Positions 19,736 to 33,098 of a stretch of DNA of 60,178 nucleotides are shown piece after piece. The translations under genes were made by a program, and so were the position numbers. The notes under the pieces were generated by a model that was not told the origin of the DNA, did no database searches, and was given only the letters and a program-made list of their open reading frames with translations. Origin of the DNA: Candidatus Babeliales bacterium (lineage in GTDB: Bacteria; Babelota; Babeliae; Babelales; UBA12411); the NCBI GenBank assembly GCA_023128415.1, contig JAGMEA010000011.1, forward strand, positions 1 to 60,178, in the 5' to 3' direction. Position 1 is the first letter of the stretch, and every line of letters starts with the position of its first letter.

Positions 19736-21046
19736 TTACCCCCTTTTTCCCTTTAATCTTCCCGTAGATAAGAATCCCTCATATCTTCTCTCAATCAAGT
19801 AAGATTCTATTTGGGCAGAAGTATCTAATGCCACACCAACAACAATCAACAACGATATTCCAGAAAAAACCCTATGGAATCCAAAGAAAACTGCTAGAAT
19901 ACCTGGAATAATGCATAATAAAGCTAGGTACATAGCCCCAGGAAAAGTTACTCTATTTAAAACATAATTAAAAAATTCTGCTGTTTTGCGACCCGGTCTA
20001 ATTCCTGGAATAAAACCGCCAGATTTTTTCATATTCTCCGCAACATCTTCGGGATTGAGCTGAATAGCAGCATAAAAATATGCAAAAAATACAATGAAAA
20101 TGGTTTGAAGAATATAAAATAACAATCCTCCATAACTTAGAGCGTCTGCTGCTCCTTCTAACCATTTAAATTTAGAGGCCAAAAACTTGGTTAACATTAT
20201 CGGCATTGCAATAACAGAGTTCGTAAAAATAACAGGCATAACACCAGAAACATTAATTTTTAATGGAATGTAAGAACTCTGGCCACCATAAATTTTGTTT
20301 CCAATAATTCTCTTAGCATATTGAACCGGTATCTTTCTTTCGCCGCGCTCCATAAAAACAACACATGCTGCAACAGTTACTGCTGTTGCTAACAAAATTA
20401 AAGCCATAAATGGATCCATTTGATCTAGCTGTATATCTTTAATTGTTTTTACAATAGCACCTGGAAGATCCGCAACTATACTGCCAAAAATCAAAAGAGA
20501 ACTTCCATTTCCAATTCCATGTGAAGTTATTTGTTCACCAAACCACATAACAAACAAAGAACCAACACTCAAAATGAAAATGGCCATAACTCTAAAACTC
20601 CAGCCTGGAGATAGAACTAATCCATTAGCTTGAGCAAAAACAACAATTGCTGATCCTTGAACAATACTTAGTAACAATGTTAAATATCTTGTATATTGAT
20701 TAATAATTCTACGTCCGTACTCACCTTCTTTAGCATATTGTTCAAGCGTCGGTATCATAACTGTTAATAAGGACATCATAATTGAGGCACTAATATATGG
20801 TTGAATCCCTAGCGCAAAGATAGCTAATCTTTGCAATGCTCCACCAGAAATAAGATCCAGCCATCCAAGAAAACCACCAGCTCCAACCCCCTTCATATAC
20901 CCAGCAAGCTTAATAGTATCTATACCAGGAAGGGGTACGTGTACTCCAAACCTATAAACAGCTAAAACTATTAGTGTAAACAAGATCTTTTTTCTTAGAT
21001 CTGAAACTAAAAAAATATTTTTAAAATTACGAAGCAAAACGACCAC
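19736..21046 (-). CDS. secY: Preprotein translocase SecY
   Basis: IFALGIQPYISASI, GIGNGSSLLIF, FIPGIRPG. Confidence 0.98.
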   Translation of the reverse strand: MVVLLRNFKNIFLVSDLRKKILFTLIVLAVYRFGVHVPLPGIDTIKLAGYMKGVGAGGFLGWLDLISGGALQRLAIFALGIQPYISASIMMSLLTVMIPTLEQYAKEGEYGRRIINQYTRYLTLLLSIVQGSAIVVFAQANGLVLSPGWSFRVMAIFILSVGSLFVMWFGEQITSHGIGNGSSLLIFGSIVADLPGAIVKTIKDIQLDQMDPFMALILLATAVTVAACVVFMERGERKIPVQYAKRIIGNKIYGGQSSYIPLKINVSGVMPVIFTNSVIAMPIMLTKFLASKFKWLEGAADALSYGGLLFYILQTIFIVFFAYFYAAIQLNPEDVAENMKKSGGFIPGIRPGRKTAEFFNYVLNRVTFPGAMYLALLCIIPGILAVFFGFHRVFSGISLLIVVGVALDTSAQIESYLIERRYEGFLSTGRLKGKRG

Positions 21047-21050
21047 TCTA

Positions 21051-21494
21051 CTACTCCTTGATTACCTGGGCTTTTCCACCAGCCTTTTCTATGGCTGCCG
21101 CTGCCGATTTACTAAAGAAATTAGCTTGAACTTCTAATTGCTTACTTAAAGTCCCTAGACCCAAAATCTTAACTAGAAAATTAGTTCTTCCCTTAACCAA
21201 GTTTTTATTTCTTAATGATTCCAAATTTACAACTTCTCCGGATTCAAACTTAACCTCTAAGTCACGAAGATTTATAGTTCTAACATCTTTTTTAAAGGAA
21301 TTGTAAAAACCTCTTTTAGGCAGCCTTCTGGTTATGGACATTTGACCACCTTCAAAATAGGCTTCCATCTTGTTGTGACCAGATCTAGCCTTCTGTCCTT
21401 TGTGACCTCTAGAAGAAGTTCCACCTAAGTCACCACCACGACCAATGCGTTTTTTAGATTTATGCAATTTATCTAAATTATTTAGCTTTAGCAT
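21051..21494 (-). CDS. rplO: 50S ribosomal protein L15
   Basis: RGHKGQKARSG, FEGGQM, RLPKRGF. Confidence 0.97.
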   Translation of the reverse strand: MLKLNNLDKLHKSKKRIGRGGDLGGTSSRGHKGQKARSGHNKMEAYFEGGQMSITRRLPKRGFYNSFKKDVRTINLRDLEVKFESGEVVNLESLRNKNLVKGRTNFLVKILGLGTLSKQLEVQANFFSKSAAAAIEKAGGKAQVIKE

Positions 21495-22011
21495 TATCTC
21501 GCCCCATAACCTCTTGAATTGTTTTGCCTCTAATGGCTGCTATTTGTTTTCCAGATCTTAATTTACTAAGGGCCTTCATTGTTGCTTTAACAACATTTTG
21601 CGGATTATTAGACCCTAAAGACTTGGCCAAAACATCCTTAACTCCTGCAGCTTCCATTACCGCACGAACAGCTCCTCCAGCAATAACACCTGTTCCTTTT
21701 CCAGCTGAACGAATTAAAACTTTACTAGCTCCATGTTTAGCTTGAACAGCAAAAGGCAATGTTGTCTTATACAATTGAACAGAGATCATTTTTGATCTAG
21801 CTGACTTTGAAGCTTTAGAAATTGCAGCAGAAACATCCCTAGATTTACCTAATCCATAGCCAACTTTTCCAGATCTATCTCCAACGACCACTAAAGCTGA
21901 AAAGGCAAAACGTCTACCACCCTTAACAACTTTAGCAACTCTTCGAACTGCTAAAACCTTCTCAACAAATTCCTCTTGAGGACTAATTTTTTTTTCTCTT
22001 AACTCCGCCAT
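21478..22011 (-). CDS. rpsE: 30S ribosomal protein S5
   Basis: RVAKVVKGGRRFAFSALVVVGD, GTGVIAGG. Confidence 0.98.
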   Translation of the reverse strand: MAELREKKISPQEEFVEKVLAVRRVAKVVKGGRRFAFSALVVVGDRSGKVGYGLGKSRDVSAAISKASKSARSKMISVQLYKTTLPFAVQAKHGASKVLIRSAGKGTGVIAGGAVRAVMEAAGVKDVLAKSLGSNNPQNVVKATMKALSKLRSGKQIAAIRGKTIQEVMGRDNAKAK

Positions 22012-22019
22012 GCGATTCC

Positions 22020-22370
22020 TTAAAACTTTATGCCTGTTTCTCTTAAACCATCTGCCAACGCAGCGATTCTACCATGATATTGATATCTACCACGATCAAA
22101 AAATACGGCTTCAACCCCTGTTTCTTTCATCTTAGTAGCTAAATTAATACCTACATTCTTAGCTACAGATTTCTTATCTTCAGTCTTTTCTTTAATAATT
22201 AAAGAAGATGAACTTGCAATAGTTTTTCCGTTAGCATCATCTATGACTTGCGCATAAATGTGATTTAATGATCTAAAAACAGTGACTCTAGGGATCAATC
22301 CCTTACTTTTAAATTTATTTTTCACTCTAAAAAATCTGCGTTTTGTTCGTAGTTTTATTTTCTTATGCAT
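22020..22370 (-). CDS. rplR: 50S ribosomal protein L18
   Basis: VFRSLNHIYAQVIDD, FDRGRYQYHGR. Confidence 0.97.
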   Translation of the reverse strand: MHKKIKLRTKRRFFRVKNKFKSKGLIPRVTVFRSLNHIYAQVIDDANGKTIASSSSLIIKEKTEDKKSVAKNVGINLATKMKETGVEAVFFDRGRYQYHGRIAALADGLRETGIKF

Positions 22371-22393
22371 CGCTCAGATATACCTTTTATTAA

Positions 22394-22942
22394 TTAACCA
22401 CCAGCAACTTTTGCTTTTCCAGCCTTACGTCTTATAACCTCTCCCTCATACCGAATTCCTGTACCTTTGTAAGGTTCCGGGGGTCTTAATGACTTAATAG
22501 AGTCACAAGTTGAACCAAGCAAAAACTTATCTATAGATTTAAGAGTTAAAGTTTGCCCGGATCTATCAGCCTCAGCCTCAATCCCTTTAGGTAGGTTAAA
22601 ATCAATTTTATGACTATAACCAAGAGAAAAAACAATTTTAGAACCAGAAATTTGTGCCTTATAACCAAGACCTACAATTTTTAAAGTCTTGGAAAAGCCC
22701 TCTTCAACCCCCTTAACTTTATTAGCAATTAAAGCCCTATGCAGACCCCAATTCATATTGCTTTTTCTAGAATCATTTTTTATAACAATAACACTTAAAA
22801 CATTATCTTTAATCTCAACAGCTAAAGAATCTGGCAAATCATGCGTTAAAGTTCCCTTAGGACCTTTAAATGTTAATTCCGTATCCTTAACATCGATATT
22901 TGCTGTAGATAACTTAATTGATCTTCTTCCAATCTTAGACAT
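22394..22942 (-). CDS. rplF: 50S ribosomal protein L6 (start revised to 22942)
   Basis: MSKIGR, KGPKG, RPPEPYKGTGIRY. Confidence 0.97.
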   Translation of the reverse strand: MSKIGRRSIKLSTANIDVKDTELTFKGPKGTLTHDLPDSLAVEIKDNVLSVIVIKNDSRKSNMNWGLHRALIANKVKGVEEGFSKTLKIVGLGYKAQISGSKIVFSLGYSHKIDFNLPKGIEAEADRSGQTLTLKSIDKFLLGSTCDSIKSLRPPEPYKGTGIRYEGEVIRRKAGKAKVAGG

Positions 22943-22950
22943 GCCAATCC

Positions 22951-23346
22951 TTACCAAACATGGCAAATAACTTCGCCACCAACTGATAATTCCCTTGCTT
23001 TCTTATCACTAACAATTCCTATATTAGTAGACAAAACAGCAACTCCTAATCCCCCAATCACAGGCTTCATCTTTTTAAGGCCCTCATAGCACCTTAACCC
23101 TGGTCTACTCACGCGGGTCAACTCGTGTATCGCAGCTTCACCATCAACATACTTGAGAAAAACTTTCAACAAAGGCTTTCCTTTTTCATCCTCTAGCTTT
23201 TCATACTCTCTTATGTAGCCTTCGTCTTTTAAAACTTTAGCAATTCCAAGTTTCTCCCTGGAAAAAGGCGCAAGAACCGTACGTTTACGTGCACTTAAAC
23301 CATTGCGAATTATTGTTAAAAAATTACCTACAATATCAATTGACAT
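22951..23346 (-). CDS. rpsH: 30S ribosomal protein S8
   Basis: LTIIRNG, RVSRPGLR, GGEVICHVW. Confidence 0.97.
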   Translation of the reverse strand: MSIDIVGNFLTIIRNGLSARKRTVLAPFSREKLGIAKVLKDEGYIREYEKLEDEKGKPLLKVFLKYVDGEAAIHELTRVSRPGLRCYEGLKKMKPVIGGLGVAVLSTNIGIVSDKKARELSVGGEVICHVW

Positions 23347-23366
23347 TTTCGCCTCTATTAATTTAG

Positions 23367-23552
23367 TTACCAGCTAGCCTTCTTAACACCAGGAAGCAAC
23401 CCTTTTAATGCAAATTTTCTAAAACACAACCTACATAATTGAAACAGCCTCATAAATCCTCTAGGACGACCACAAACAAAACATCTATTTCTTTGTCGTG
23501 TTGCAAATTTAGGAGCTCTTTTAGCTTTTTCTATAAGACACTTTTTAGCCAT
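23367..23552 (-). CDS. rpsN: 30S ribosomal protein S14, short Zn-binding type
   Basis: [10 protein letters not shown]...LCRLCFR...PGVKKASW. Confidence 0.97.
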   Translation of the reverse strand: MAKKCLIEKAKRAPKFATRQRNRCFVCGRPRGFMRLFQLCRLCFRKFALKGLLPGVKKASW

Positions 23553-23557
23553 AAAAT

Positions 23558-24100
23558 TTACTTCCTCTGAAATGGCATATTAAAACCCTTCAACAAGGCA
23601 CATGCTGCTTTGTCATCATTTGTAGAAGTCTCAATGGTAATATTTAAACCACGAACCCTATCTACTTTTTCATAATCAACTTCAGGGAATATCATCCAAT
23701 CTCGAATCCCTAAGTTATAGTTTCCATTACCATCAAAACTTTCTTTGACTCCTTGGAAATCCTTTACCCGAGGCAAAGCTAAATTTATCAATCTATCAAT
23801 AAAACTATACATATTATTGCCTCTCAAGGTCACCATTACACCCAACGGCATGCCCTTGCGAAGCTTAAAACCAGCTATAGATTTTTTAGCTTTAGTTATA
23901 ACTGGTGTTTGTCCCGATATTTCAGTTAATACTTCCTTAACTGAATTCAAAACTTTACTTTCAGAAACAGCCTCTTTGACACCAATATTAAGAACAACCT
24001 TAGACATCCGTGGAACTTGCATAGGATTGCTAAAGCCTATTTCTTTCAAAAGTTCTGGACGAATTTTTTCTTTATATAAATTTTCTAACCTTGAGCTCAT
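23558..24100 (-). CDS. rplE: 50S ribosomal protein L5
   Basis: [25 protein letters not shown]. Confidence 0.98.
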   Translation of the reverse strand: MSSRLENLYKEKIRPELLKEIGFSNPMQVPRMSKVVLNIGVKEAVSESKVLNSVKEVLTEISGQTPVITKAKKSIAGFKLRKGMPLGVMVTLRGNNMYSFIDRLINLALPRVKDFQGVKESFDGNGNYNLGIRDWMIFPEVDYEKVDRVRGLNITIETSTNDDKAACALLKGFNMPFQRK

Positions 24101-24122
24101 ACAATAATCCTAACTTGCTACC

Positions 24123-24440
24123 TTAAAATTCTCCATTACAACGATGACATGCCCTAGACTTTTCTTTACTACCTTCAACGAATTTAGTTCTTATACGACA
24201 GCCCTTTTTACATGTCGGACAAATAGGCATTACTCTATAAAGCGGAACAAACATTTCCTTTTTTATAATTCCACTTTGTTCTCCCTGTTTTTTCGGTTTG
24301 CTATGTTTTGTAACTTCAGCAATACCTTTAATAAGAGCAGCATTTTTTTTACTATCGATTTTTAAAACGCTTCCCTCTTTTCCTTTATCTTTTCCAGAAA
24401 GAACAACAACTTTATCATTTTTGCGTATTCTACTTAACAT
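24123..24440 (-). CDS. rplX: 50S ribosomal protein L24
   Basis: KOW motif DKVVVLSGKDKGKEG. Confidence 0.95.
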   Translation of the reverse strand: MLSRIRKNDKVVVLSGKDKGKEGSVLKIDSKKNAALIKGIAEVTKHSKPKKQGEQSGIIKKEMFVPLYRVMPICPTCKKGCRIRTKFVEGSKEKSRACHRCNGEF

Positions 24441-24455
24441 TCTTTAAATCCCCCA

Positions 24456-24827
24456 TCACAAAACTTCTGGTGCCAAAGAAACAATAGCAGAATAACCTCT
24501 AGCCTTAAGCTCTCTAGCGATAGGACCAAAAATACGTGTACCTATTGGCTCTTTGTTTTTTTTATCAATAATCACAGCAGCATTTTCATCAAAGCGAACA
24601 TAACTTCCATCAGTTCTGCGTATTTCTTTTCTAGTTCTAACAATTACTGCATCTAGAACATCGCTTTTTTTTACTTTTCCTCCAGGAATAGCACGCTTTA
24701 CAGTTACTTTAACTATTTCGCCTAAAGTAGCTGATTTTTTGCTTGTTCCACCAGGAATGCCTATAACTTGTAATTTCTTTGCTCCGGAGTTATCCGCAAC
24801 ATTCAGCATTGTCTGTTTTTGTATCAT
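24456..24827 (-). CDS. rplN: 50S ribosomal protein L14
   Basis: [22 protein letters not shown]. Confidence 0.98.
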   Translation of the reverse strand: MIQKQTMLNVADNSGAKKLQVIGIPGGTSKKSATLGEIVKVTVKRAIPGGKVKKSDVLDAVIVRTRKEIRRTDGSYVRFDENAAVIIDKKNKEPIGTRIFGPIARELKARGYSAIVSLAPEVL

Positions 24828-25111
24828 ACAAGCTTCTCCCGTGTCTGAGACTTTCTAAGCACTTTGCCTAAAATCATATGCTTAGACTTGGAAAGCGGAC
24901 GACACTCACTAAATTCAACCAAATCTCCAACTTTAGCTTCCCCATTTTCATCATGTACTTTGTAATTTTTTGTTCTTCGCAAAATCTTACCCAAAACAGA
25001 ATGCTTTAAAGTCCTAGCAACTTTTACAACAACTGTTTTATGCATTTTATCAGAGACGATTACGCCTTCTAATGCCCGGCTTGATGCCTTCTTGATATCT
25101 TTACCTACCAT
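24824..25111 (-). CDS. rpsQ: 30S ribosomal protein S17
   Basis: [20 protein letters not shown]. Confidence 0.96.
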   Translation of the reverse strand: MVGKDIKKASSRALEGVIVSDKMHKTVVVKVARTLKHSVLGKILRRTKNYKVHDENGEAKVGDLVEFSECRPLSKSKHMILGKVLRKSQTREKLV

Positions 25112-25295
25112 CTTCGCGCCCCCTAAGATATGTTAAAACTTGAGCTATATTTCTTCTTAACTTTTTAAACTGCGAAAAATCTTTTACATGCATTGTTGAA
25201 GCATTAAGCTTCAAATTAAAAAGCTCTTTTTTTAAATTAACAACTTCTTTTTCTAGCGCTTTATTGTCTAAACTTTTTAAGTCTGCTTTTGTCAT
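25101..25295 (-). CDS. rpmC: 50S ribosomal protein L29
   Basis: LKKELFNLK, RRNIAQVLT; operon position. Confidence 0.93.
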   Translation of the reverse strand: MTKADLKSLDNKALEKEVVNLKKELFNLKLNASTMHVKDFSQFKKLRRNIAQVLTYLRGREDGR

Positions 25296-25297
25296 AT

Positions 25298-25711
25298 TTA
25301 CACGTTTTCTCTCTTAACAAACCGAGTTTTTATTGGAAGCTTATGGGAGGCAACCCTTAAAATCTCCTTAGCTGCAAGCTCATCCAAATCCCCAAGTTCA
25401 CACAAAATCCGACCTCTTTTAACTACAGAAACCCAAAATTCCGGAGAACCCTTTCCCTTACCCATACGAGTTTCTATTGGTTTTTTAGAAACCGGCTTAT
25501 CAGGAAAAACCCTTAGCGATAACTTTCCACCTTTTTTTATTCGTCTAGAAATCGTAACACGCATAGATTCAATCTGCCGAGCGGTAATCCAACCAGGTTC
25601 CTCAGCAACCAAGCCATAATCACCAAAGACAAAGCTTCTACATCCCTTTGAAAGCCCCGTCATGCGGCCTCTTTGCATTTTTCTAAATTTAGTTTTCTTC
25701 GGCATCAACAT
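25298..25711 (-). CDS. rplP: 50S ribosomal protein L16
   Basis: [20 protein letters not shown]. Confidence 0.98.
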   Translation of the reverse strand: MLMPKKTKFRKMQRGRMTGLSKGCRSFVFGDYGLVAEEPGWITARQIESMRVTISRRIKKGGKLSLRVFPDKPVSKKPIETRMGKGKGSPEFWVSVVKRGRILCELGDLDELAAKEILRVASHKLPIKTRFVKRENV

Positions 25712-25746
25712 GGCGCTATCTCTTTATTTTTAGTATTCACCATTAT

Positions 25747-26367
25747 TTAGTATTCACCCTTGCAAATCCAAACCTTAACCCCAACTATTCCGTAGGTAGT
25801 TTTAGCTTCAGATGTTGCAAAATCAACATTAGAACGCAATGTATGTAATGGAACACATCCAAGCCTTAACCACTCTTTTCTAGCAATTTCGGCTCCACCT
25901 AATCGTCCACCACAACAAATTTTAATACCCTTGGCCCCACTCTTCATAGCAGAGCTTCCAGCTTTTTTCATTAACTTTTTAAAGTGCGCTCTCTTAACAA
26001 GTTGCTCAGAGATTCCATCCGCTACTATCTGAGCATCGATATCAGGATTACGAACCTCTTGAACAGAAATATCTATATTCTTTTTAAACCTGGCCAAGAG
26101 TTCTGCCCTAATTTTTTCGATACCAACTCCCTTTTTGCCTATAATCACTCCAGGTCTAGATGAGTGAATAACAACCCTGATACTGTTTCCAGCTTTTTGA
26201 ATTACTAGCTTAGACACTTCTGAATTAGACAACTCTTTGTCCAAGAATTTTCTAATACCAAGATCTTCAGCAAGTTCAGCTCCGTAATTCTTCTTAGCAA
26301 ACCACTGAGCTTTCCAATCTTCAAAAACACCTAATCTAAATCCAAATGGATGAACCTTTTGTCCCAC
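25747..26367 (-). CDS. rpsC: 30S ribosomal protein S3
   Basis: GQKVHPFGFRLG, GRLGGAEIAR, PLHTLR. Confidence 0.98.
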   Translation of the reverse strand: MGQKVHPFGFRLGVFEDWKAQWFAKKNYGAELAEDLGIRKFLDKELSNSEVSKLVIQKAGNSIRVVIHSSRPGVIIGKKGVGIEKIRAELLARFKKNIDISVQEVRNPDIDAQIVADGISEQLVKRAHFKKLMKKAGSSAMKSGAKGIKICCGGRLGGAEIARKEWLRLGCVPLHTLRSNVDFATSEAKTTYGIVGVKVWICKGEY

Positions 26368-26376
26368 AAAGCACCT

Positions 26377-26751
26377 CTAACTTTTAGCGTTAATAGCCTT
26401 ATCTTCTTTTTTTGCAATCTTTTCCAAAACTACTTCCAAATGGCTAAGCCTCTTTCTCAACACAGCAGCTCTTCCCATTGCCGTTGGTTTATAGTAATGA
26501 ATAGACGGCCCACCATCCACACGAAATTCTTTAACAATCAAATCTCGCATGGTCAAACTTTGTTCTTTTTCTCTAGCATTACTGAATGCAGAGAGCAAAA
26601 CTTTCTCTATTGGACGAACACGTTTTGCCATAGGACATGTTTTCAACCATCCCAAAGCACGTTCAACATCATATCCCCGAACAACCGAAGCAACTGGCCT
26701 AAGTTTCAATGGAGACACTCTAACAAATTTGCTTTTTGCTCTAAATTGCAT
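26377..26751 (-). CDS. rplV: 50S ribosomal protein L22
   Basis: VRVSPLKLR, VDGGP, AMGRA, KRLSH. Confidence 0.96.
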   Translation of the reverse strand: MQFRAKSKFVRVSPLKLRPVASVVRGYDVERALGWLKTCPMAKRVRPIEKVLLSAFSNAREKEQSLTMRDLIVKEFRVDGGPSIHYYKPTAMGRAAVLRKRLSHLEVVLEKIAKKEDKAINAKS

Positions 26752-26763
26752 AATTATACCCTA

Positions 26764-27051
26764 TTATTTCTTTTCGCCTGCACCGGATTTTCTTTGTCCA
26801 CTATGCATACGAAATGTTCTAGTAGGAGCAAATTCACCAAGTGCATGTCCTACCATTTCTTCTGTTATAAAAACAGAATGGAATTTTCTTCCATCATGTA
26901 CAGCCACAGTCTGCCCAACAAAATCAGGTGTAATAAGACTTGCTCTTTTCCAAGTTTTAATAACGCCCTTTTTATTGGAGGACTTAACCTGCTCAAGCTT
27001 CTTTGCTAGAGAAGGTGCCACATATGGGCCTTTTTTAATGGACCTTGCCAT
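26764..27051 (-). CDS. rpsS: 30S ribosomal protein S19
   Basis: [22 protein letters not shown]. Confidence 0.98.
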   Translation of the reverse strand: MARSIKKGPYVAPSLAKKLEQVKSSNKKGVIKTWKRASLITPDFVGQTVAVHDGRKFHSVFITEEMVGHALGEFAPTRTFRMHSGQRKSGAGEKK

Positions 27052-27064
27052 AACGTTTCCTAAA

Positions 27065-27886
27065 CTATTTCTTACGTCTCTTAATAATCAAACTGTCCTT
27101 CTTCTTCCTTCTTGTTCGCATTCCCTTACAGCTCTTTCCCCAAGGAGTAACTGGATGGGAGCCAGACTTAGAACGACCCTCACCACCACCATGTGGATGA
27201 TCAATAGGGTTCATAGCCATACCACGAACAGACGGTCTAAATCCCATATGTCTTGCTCTTCCGGCTTTCCCTAAATTAATATTTTTTTTATCAGCATTTG
27301 AAAGAACTCCGACTGTAGCAAAACAATCTAAAGAAACTTTGCGAACCTCGCTCGAAGGCATTTTTAAGATAGCATAGTTTCCTTCTTTGGCCATCAGTTG
27401 AGCAGAAGTTCCAGCACTTCTCGAAACAACACCACCTCGCCCCGGAAATAGTTCGATATTATGAATAAAAAAACCAACCGGAATATTTTTTAAAGCCATA
27501 GAGTTGCCTGGCTTAGCCTCTGCTGTATCACTAGCTAAAAGCTCAGCGCCTATAAACACGCCTTCGGGACATAAAATATAACCTTTTGCACCATTTTTGT
27601 AAACAATGAGTGCTATAGGCACATTCCTATTTGGATCGTACTCTATTGACTTAATTGTTCCAGGAACATCTCGATAAAAACGCTTGAAATCTATAATCCT
27701 ATATTTTCTCTTAGCTCCACCACCTCTATGGCGAACAGTTATTCGACCATAAGCATTTCGTCCTGCCTTTTTAGGCAAAGGTTTAAGTAGGGATTTTTCT
27801 GGATCTTTTTTAGTTAAATCCTTACTAGATATATATTGCTGACCTCTTAACGATGATGTAACAGGCCTTCTAGATATAACAGCCAT
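27065..27886 (-). CDS. rplB: 50S ribosomal protein L2
   Basis: [26 protein letters not shown]. Confidence 0.98.
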   Translation of the reverse strand: MAVISRRPVTSSLRGQQYISSKDLTKKDPEKSLLKPLPKKAGRNAYGRITVRHRGGGAKRKYRIIDFKRFYRDVPGTIKSIEYDPNRNVPIALIVYKNGAKGYILCPEGVFIGAELLASDTAEAKPGNSMALKNIPVGFFIHNIELFPGRGGVVSRSAGTSAQLMAKEGNYAILKMPSSEVRKVSLDCFATVGVLSNADKKNINLGKAGRARHMGFRPSVRGMAMNPIDHPHGGGEGRSKSGSHPVTPWGKSCKGMRTRRKKKDSLIIKRRKK

Positions 27887-27888
27887 AT

Positions 27889-28230
27889 CTATTTACCCCC
27901 TTTAGTAGTCGGTTCAGTTTCATTTACTCCCATGGTCTCATACTGATCTGGAAGATCAATTTTGTAACCAGGTTTCAATGTAACTATAGCTTTTTTTGTA
28001 TCTGGACGCTTATGTTTCACTCTACGAACCATACGAGTCTTGCCTGAGGTATTAACGATGCGAACATCTCGCACCTTAACATCCCAAATTTTCTCAACAG
28101 ACTCTCGCACCATTGCTTTGTTGGCGAGCTTGTTTATTTCCAAAGTAATTTTTCCAAGCTTACGCTTAAGCAATATGCTTTTAGTGGTAGATACGGTGCT
28201 CTTAATAATATCATAAATTCCTAATTCCAT
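27889..28230 (-). CDS. rplW: 50S ribosomal protein L23
   Basis: VEKIWDVKV, KKAIVTL; operon position. Confidence 0.92.
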   Translation of the reverse strand: MELGIYDIIKSTVSTTKSILLKRKLGKITLEINKLANKAMVRESVEKIWDVKVRDVRIVNTSGKTRMVRRVKHKRPDTKKAIVTLKPGYKIDLPDQYETMGVNETEPTTKGGK

Positions 28231-28853
28231 CGTGACACCATCTTTTTAAATAGATCTAAATCTTGTTTCAAAAATACCCAATGTTCACCAAAAGTTAAAT
28301 CGTAAGCATTTGGCTCATCAAAAGAAAGCAGCTTAACATTAGGAAGATTTCTAAAAGAAAGCATTGTTGTTAAGTCAAAAGGATTTAAAAACAAAACAAC
28401 CCTTTTCTTTTCAAGTCCGAGAGCCTTTAGTACTCCAAAAGCACTCTTAACATTAGGTTTCTTATTCTCTAAAACAAAATCTAAACAACTAATATTTTGA
28501 CTATCTTTTGTAAGATGAAAAATATTATTGAAAACTAAAGCACGTTGATTCTTAGGCAATTTTAAAAGCCTTACTCTTGGTTGAGGACCAAAAGTCACGC
28601 CACCCTTTCTCCAAAGAGGAGAACTTTTTGTACCCACTCTAGCTCTACCAGTACCCTTTTGCTTCCAAGGTTTTTTACCAGAAAAAGAAATTTCGCCTCG
28701 CCCCTTACAGGAAACGGTACCTTGTCGCCAATTTTGTCTTAACACCTTAACAGCACAAGAATACGCTCTCGGGGATAACTCCCTACGATTTAAATCTAAT
28801 TCCGCTAGATCAAGCTTTTCCTGTACTTTTCCATCTATACCATACACTTGCAT
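28221..28853 (-). CDS. rplD: 50S ribosomal protein L4
   Basis: KPWKQKGTGRAR, GGVTFGPQPR. Confidence 0.97.
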   Translation of the reverse strand: MQVYGIDGKVQEKLDLAELDLNRRELSPRAYSCAVKVLRQNWRQGTVSCKGRGEISFSGKKPWKQKGTGRARVGTKSSPLWRKGGVTFGPQPRVRLLKLPKNQRALVFNNIFHLTKDSQNISCLDFVLENKKPNVKSAFGVLKALGLEKKRVVLFLNPFDLTTMLSFRNLPNVKLLSFDEPNAYDLTFGEHWVFLKQDLDLFKKMVSRWN

Positions 28854-28858
28854 TGAAC

Positions 28859-29482
28859 TTATCCTTGTTTACTAATGTAAACTAAAGAACTCTTTTTACC
28901 TGGAACCGAGCCCTTAATAAATAAATATCCACTTTCTTTATCAAAACGAACAATTTCCAATCCCTTAACTGTTATCCGTTTCGAACCACACTGACCCGGT
29001 AATTTTTGTCCTTTAATAACTTTTCCTTGTCTTCTGAGAAAGCCGATAGAACCTGGTTTCTTATGGAATGTCGATCCATGACTCTTTGGTCCACCACTAA
29101 AGTTCCATCTTTTTATAACACCCTGAAAACCTAATCCCTTAGATGTTCCAGAAACATCAACAAAATCGCCTTCTTTCATCCCAAGTTGGTCAAAATCTAC
29201 CTTCGCACCAATTGTAAAATCCCCAGACTCAGTAAGTTTTACCTCTCTCAAAGCTGAAAAATAATTTCTCTTTTTAGAAATCCACTCATCAGAAAAAGAT
29301 TGCTTTATATACTTACTTTTCACTTTACCAATCTGCAAAGCATCATACCCATCACGTTCTTTAATCTTTATTTGGGTAATCAACCAATTGGAAACGTCTA
29401 CAACTGTGACAGGAACAACCTTTCTTTCTTCGTTAAAAAGTTGAGTCATCCCTATTTTATTTCCCAATAAACTTGTTAGCAT
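28859..29482 (-). CDS. rplC: 50S ribosomal protein L3
   Basis: KIGMTQ, SKGLGFQGVIKRW, KGSVPG. Confidence 0.97.
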   Translation of the reverse strand: MLTSLLGNKIGMTQLFNEERKVVPVTVVDVSNWLITQIKIKERDGYDALQIGKVKSKYIKQSFSDEWISKKRNYFSALREVKLTESGDFTIGAKVDFDQLGMKEGDFVDVSGTSKGLGFQGVIKRWNFSGGPKSHGSTFHKKPGSIGFLRRQGKVIKGQKLPGQCGSKRITVKGLEIVRFDKESGYLFIKGSVPGKKSSLVYISKQG

Positions 29483-29493
29483 CTCAAATCCCC

Positions 29494-29799
29494 CTACCGA
29501 ACCTCAACGTCTACACCAGCAGATAAACTCAATTTGCCTAAAGCATCCATTGTTTGCTCTGATGGAGAGATAATATACAAAATTCTCTTATGAGTAATTA
29601 ACTCAAATTGCTCACGAGATTTCTTATCAACATGAGGAGATCGAAGTACTGTAAAAATTTGTCGTCTGTTAGGAAGAGGAACAGGTCCCACAATTTGGGA
29701 CCCCGTTCTTTTAACTGTTAGCACAATCTGCTTCACAGACTTATCTAATAACTGGTGGTCGTACGACTTTAATGTTAAGCGTATCTTAGGTCTCTTCAT
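29494..29799 (-). CDS. rpsJ: 30S ribosomal protein S10
   Basis: [20 protein letters not shown]. Confidence 0.98.
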   Translation of the reverse strand: MKRPKIRLTLKSYDHQLLDKSVKQIVLTVKRTGSQIVGPVPLPNRRQIFTVLRSPHVDKKSREQFELITHKRILYIISPSEQTMDALGKLSLSAGVDVEVR

Positions 29800-29813
29800 G
29801 ATACTGCCACCAC

Positions 29814-31004
29814 TTATTCTATAATAGATGTAACGGAACCAGCTCCAACAGTCCTACCACCTTCACGGATAGCAAATTTAAGCTTTTCTTCCATTGCTAT
29901 AGGTGTAAGTAGTTCAACTGTAAGCTCTACATCATCTCCAGGCATTACCATTTCTCTTCCCTCTGGAAGGGTAACAACTCCTGTAACGTCTGTTGTTCTA
30001 AAGTAGAACTGTGGACGATATCCATTAAAGAACGGACTGTGTCTTCCACCTTCATCTTTACTTAAAATAACAACTTGTGCTTTAAATTTTTTATGAGGAG
30101 TTATGGTGCCGGGCTTAGCCACAACCATACCACGCTTAACTTCTTCTTTCTTGGTGCCACGAATCAGAAGTCCTACGTTATCTCCTGCTTCTCCCTCACC
30201 AAGCTCTTTTCTAAACATTTCAACACCGGTAACCACGGTCTTAATTGTATCACCAAGACCAACAAGCTCGACTTCTTCCCCAACTTTGATTTTACCAGCA
30301 TCAATTCTTCCAGTAACAACGGTTCCACGACCAGCTATAGAGAAAATATCCTCAATTGGCATAGAAAAGCTTTTATCTACATCACGTTCTGGAATAGGAA
30401 TATAATTATCAAGAGATTCCATTAATTTTAAAATAGAAGCCTCTCCAATCTCAGAAGTATCACCCTCTAATGCTTTAAGAGCTGAACCTCTAACTATTGG
30501 AGTTTCATCCCCTGGAAAACCATATTGACTAAGAAGCTCTTTTACTTCTTCTTCAACCAACTCAACCATGTCAGGATCATCAACCATATCAACCTTGTTT
30601 AAATAAACAACGATCGTTGGAACACCAACCTGTCTAGCCAAAAGAATATGCTCCCTTGTTTGTGGCATAGGTCCGTCATAAGCAGAAACTACCAAAATAG
30701 CTCCGTCCATTTGAGCAGCACCGGTTATCATATTTTTAACATAGTCAGCGTGACCAGGACAATCTACATGAGCATAGTGTCTGTTTGGAGTTTCATACTC
30801 GACATGAGATGCAGAAATAGTAATTCCACGCTCTCTTTCTTCTGGAGCCTTATCAATTTGATCAAAAGCTACAAGCTCTGCTGATCCCTTACTGAACAAA
30901 ACTTTTGTTATCGCAGCGGTTAATGTTGTTTTTCCATGATCAACATGACCAATAGTACCAACGTTAACGTGCGGTTTCGTCCTTTCAAATTTACCCTTTG
31001 CCAT
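29814..31004 (-). CDS. tuf: Elongation factor Tu
   Basis: [35 protein letters not shown]. Confidence 0.99.
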   Translation of the reverse strand: MAKGKFERTKPHVNVGTIGHVDHGKTTLTAAITKVLFSKGSAELVAFDQIDKAPEERERGITISASHVEYETPNRHYAHVDCPGHADYVKNMITGAAQMDGAILVVSAYDGPMPQTREHILLARQVGVPTIVVYLNKVDMVDDPDMVELVEEEVKELLSQYGFPGDETPIVRGSALKALEGDTSEIGEASILKLMESLDNYIPIPERDVDKSFSMPIEDIFSIAGRGTVVTGRIDAGKIKVGEEVELVGLGDTIKTVVTGVEMFRKELGEGEAGDNVGLLIRGTKKEEVKRGMVVAKPGTITPHKKFKAQVVILSKDEGGRHSPFFNGYRPQFYFRTTDVTGVVTLPEGREMVMPGDDVELTVELLTPIAMEEKLKFAIREGGRTVGAGSVTSIIE

Positions 31005-31016
31005 CGTATTCCTTCG

Positions 31017-33086
<2,070 letters not shown>

Positions 33087-33098
33087 CTTATAATTCTC

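Noticed and set aside
26350-27274. Long + strand ORFs (219 and 241 aa) and other antisense ORFs across the ribosomal cluster
   Set aside because: Antisense to highly conserved ribosomal genes, with no motifs or RBS; expected by-product of codon bias
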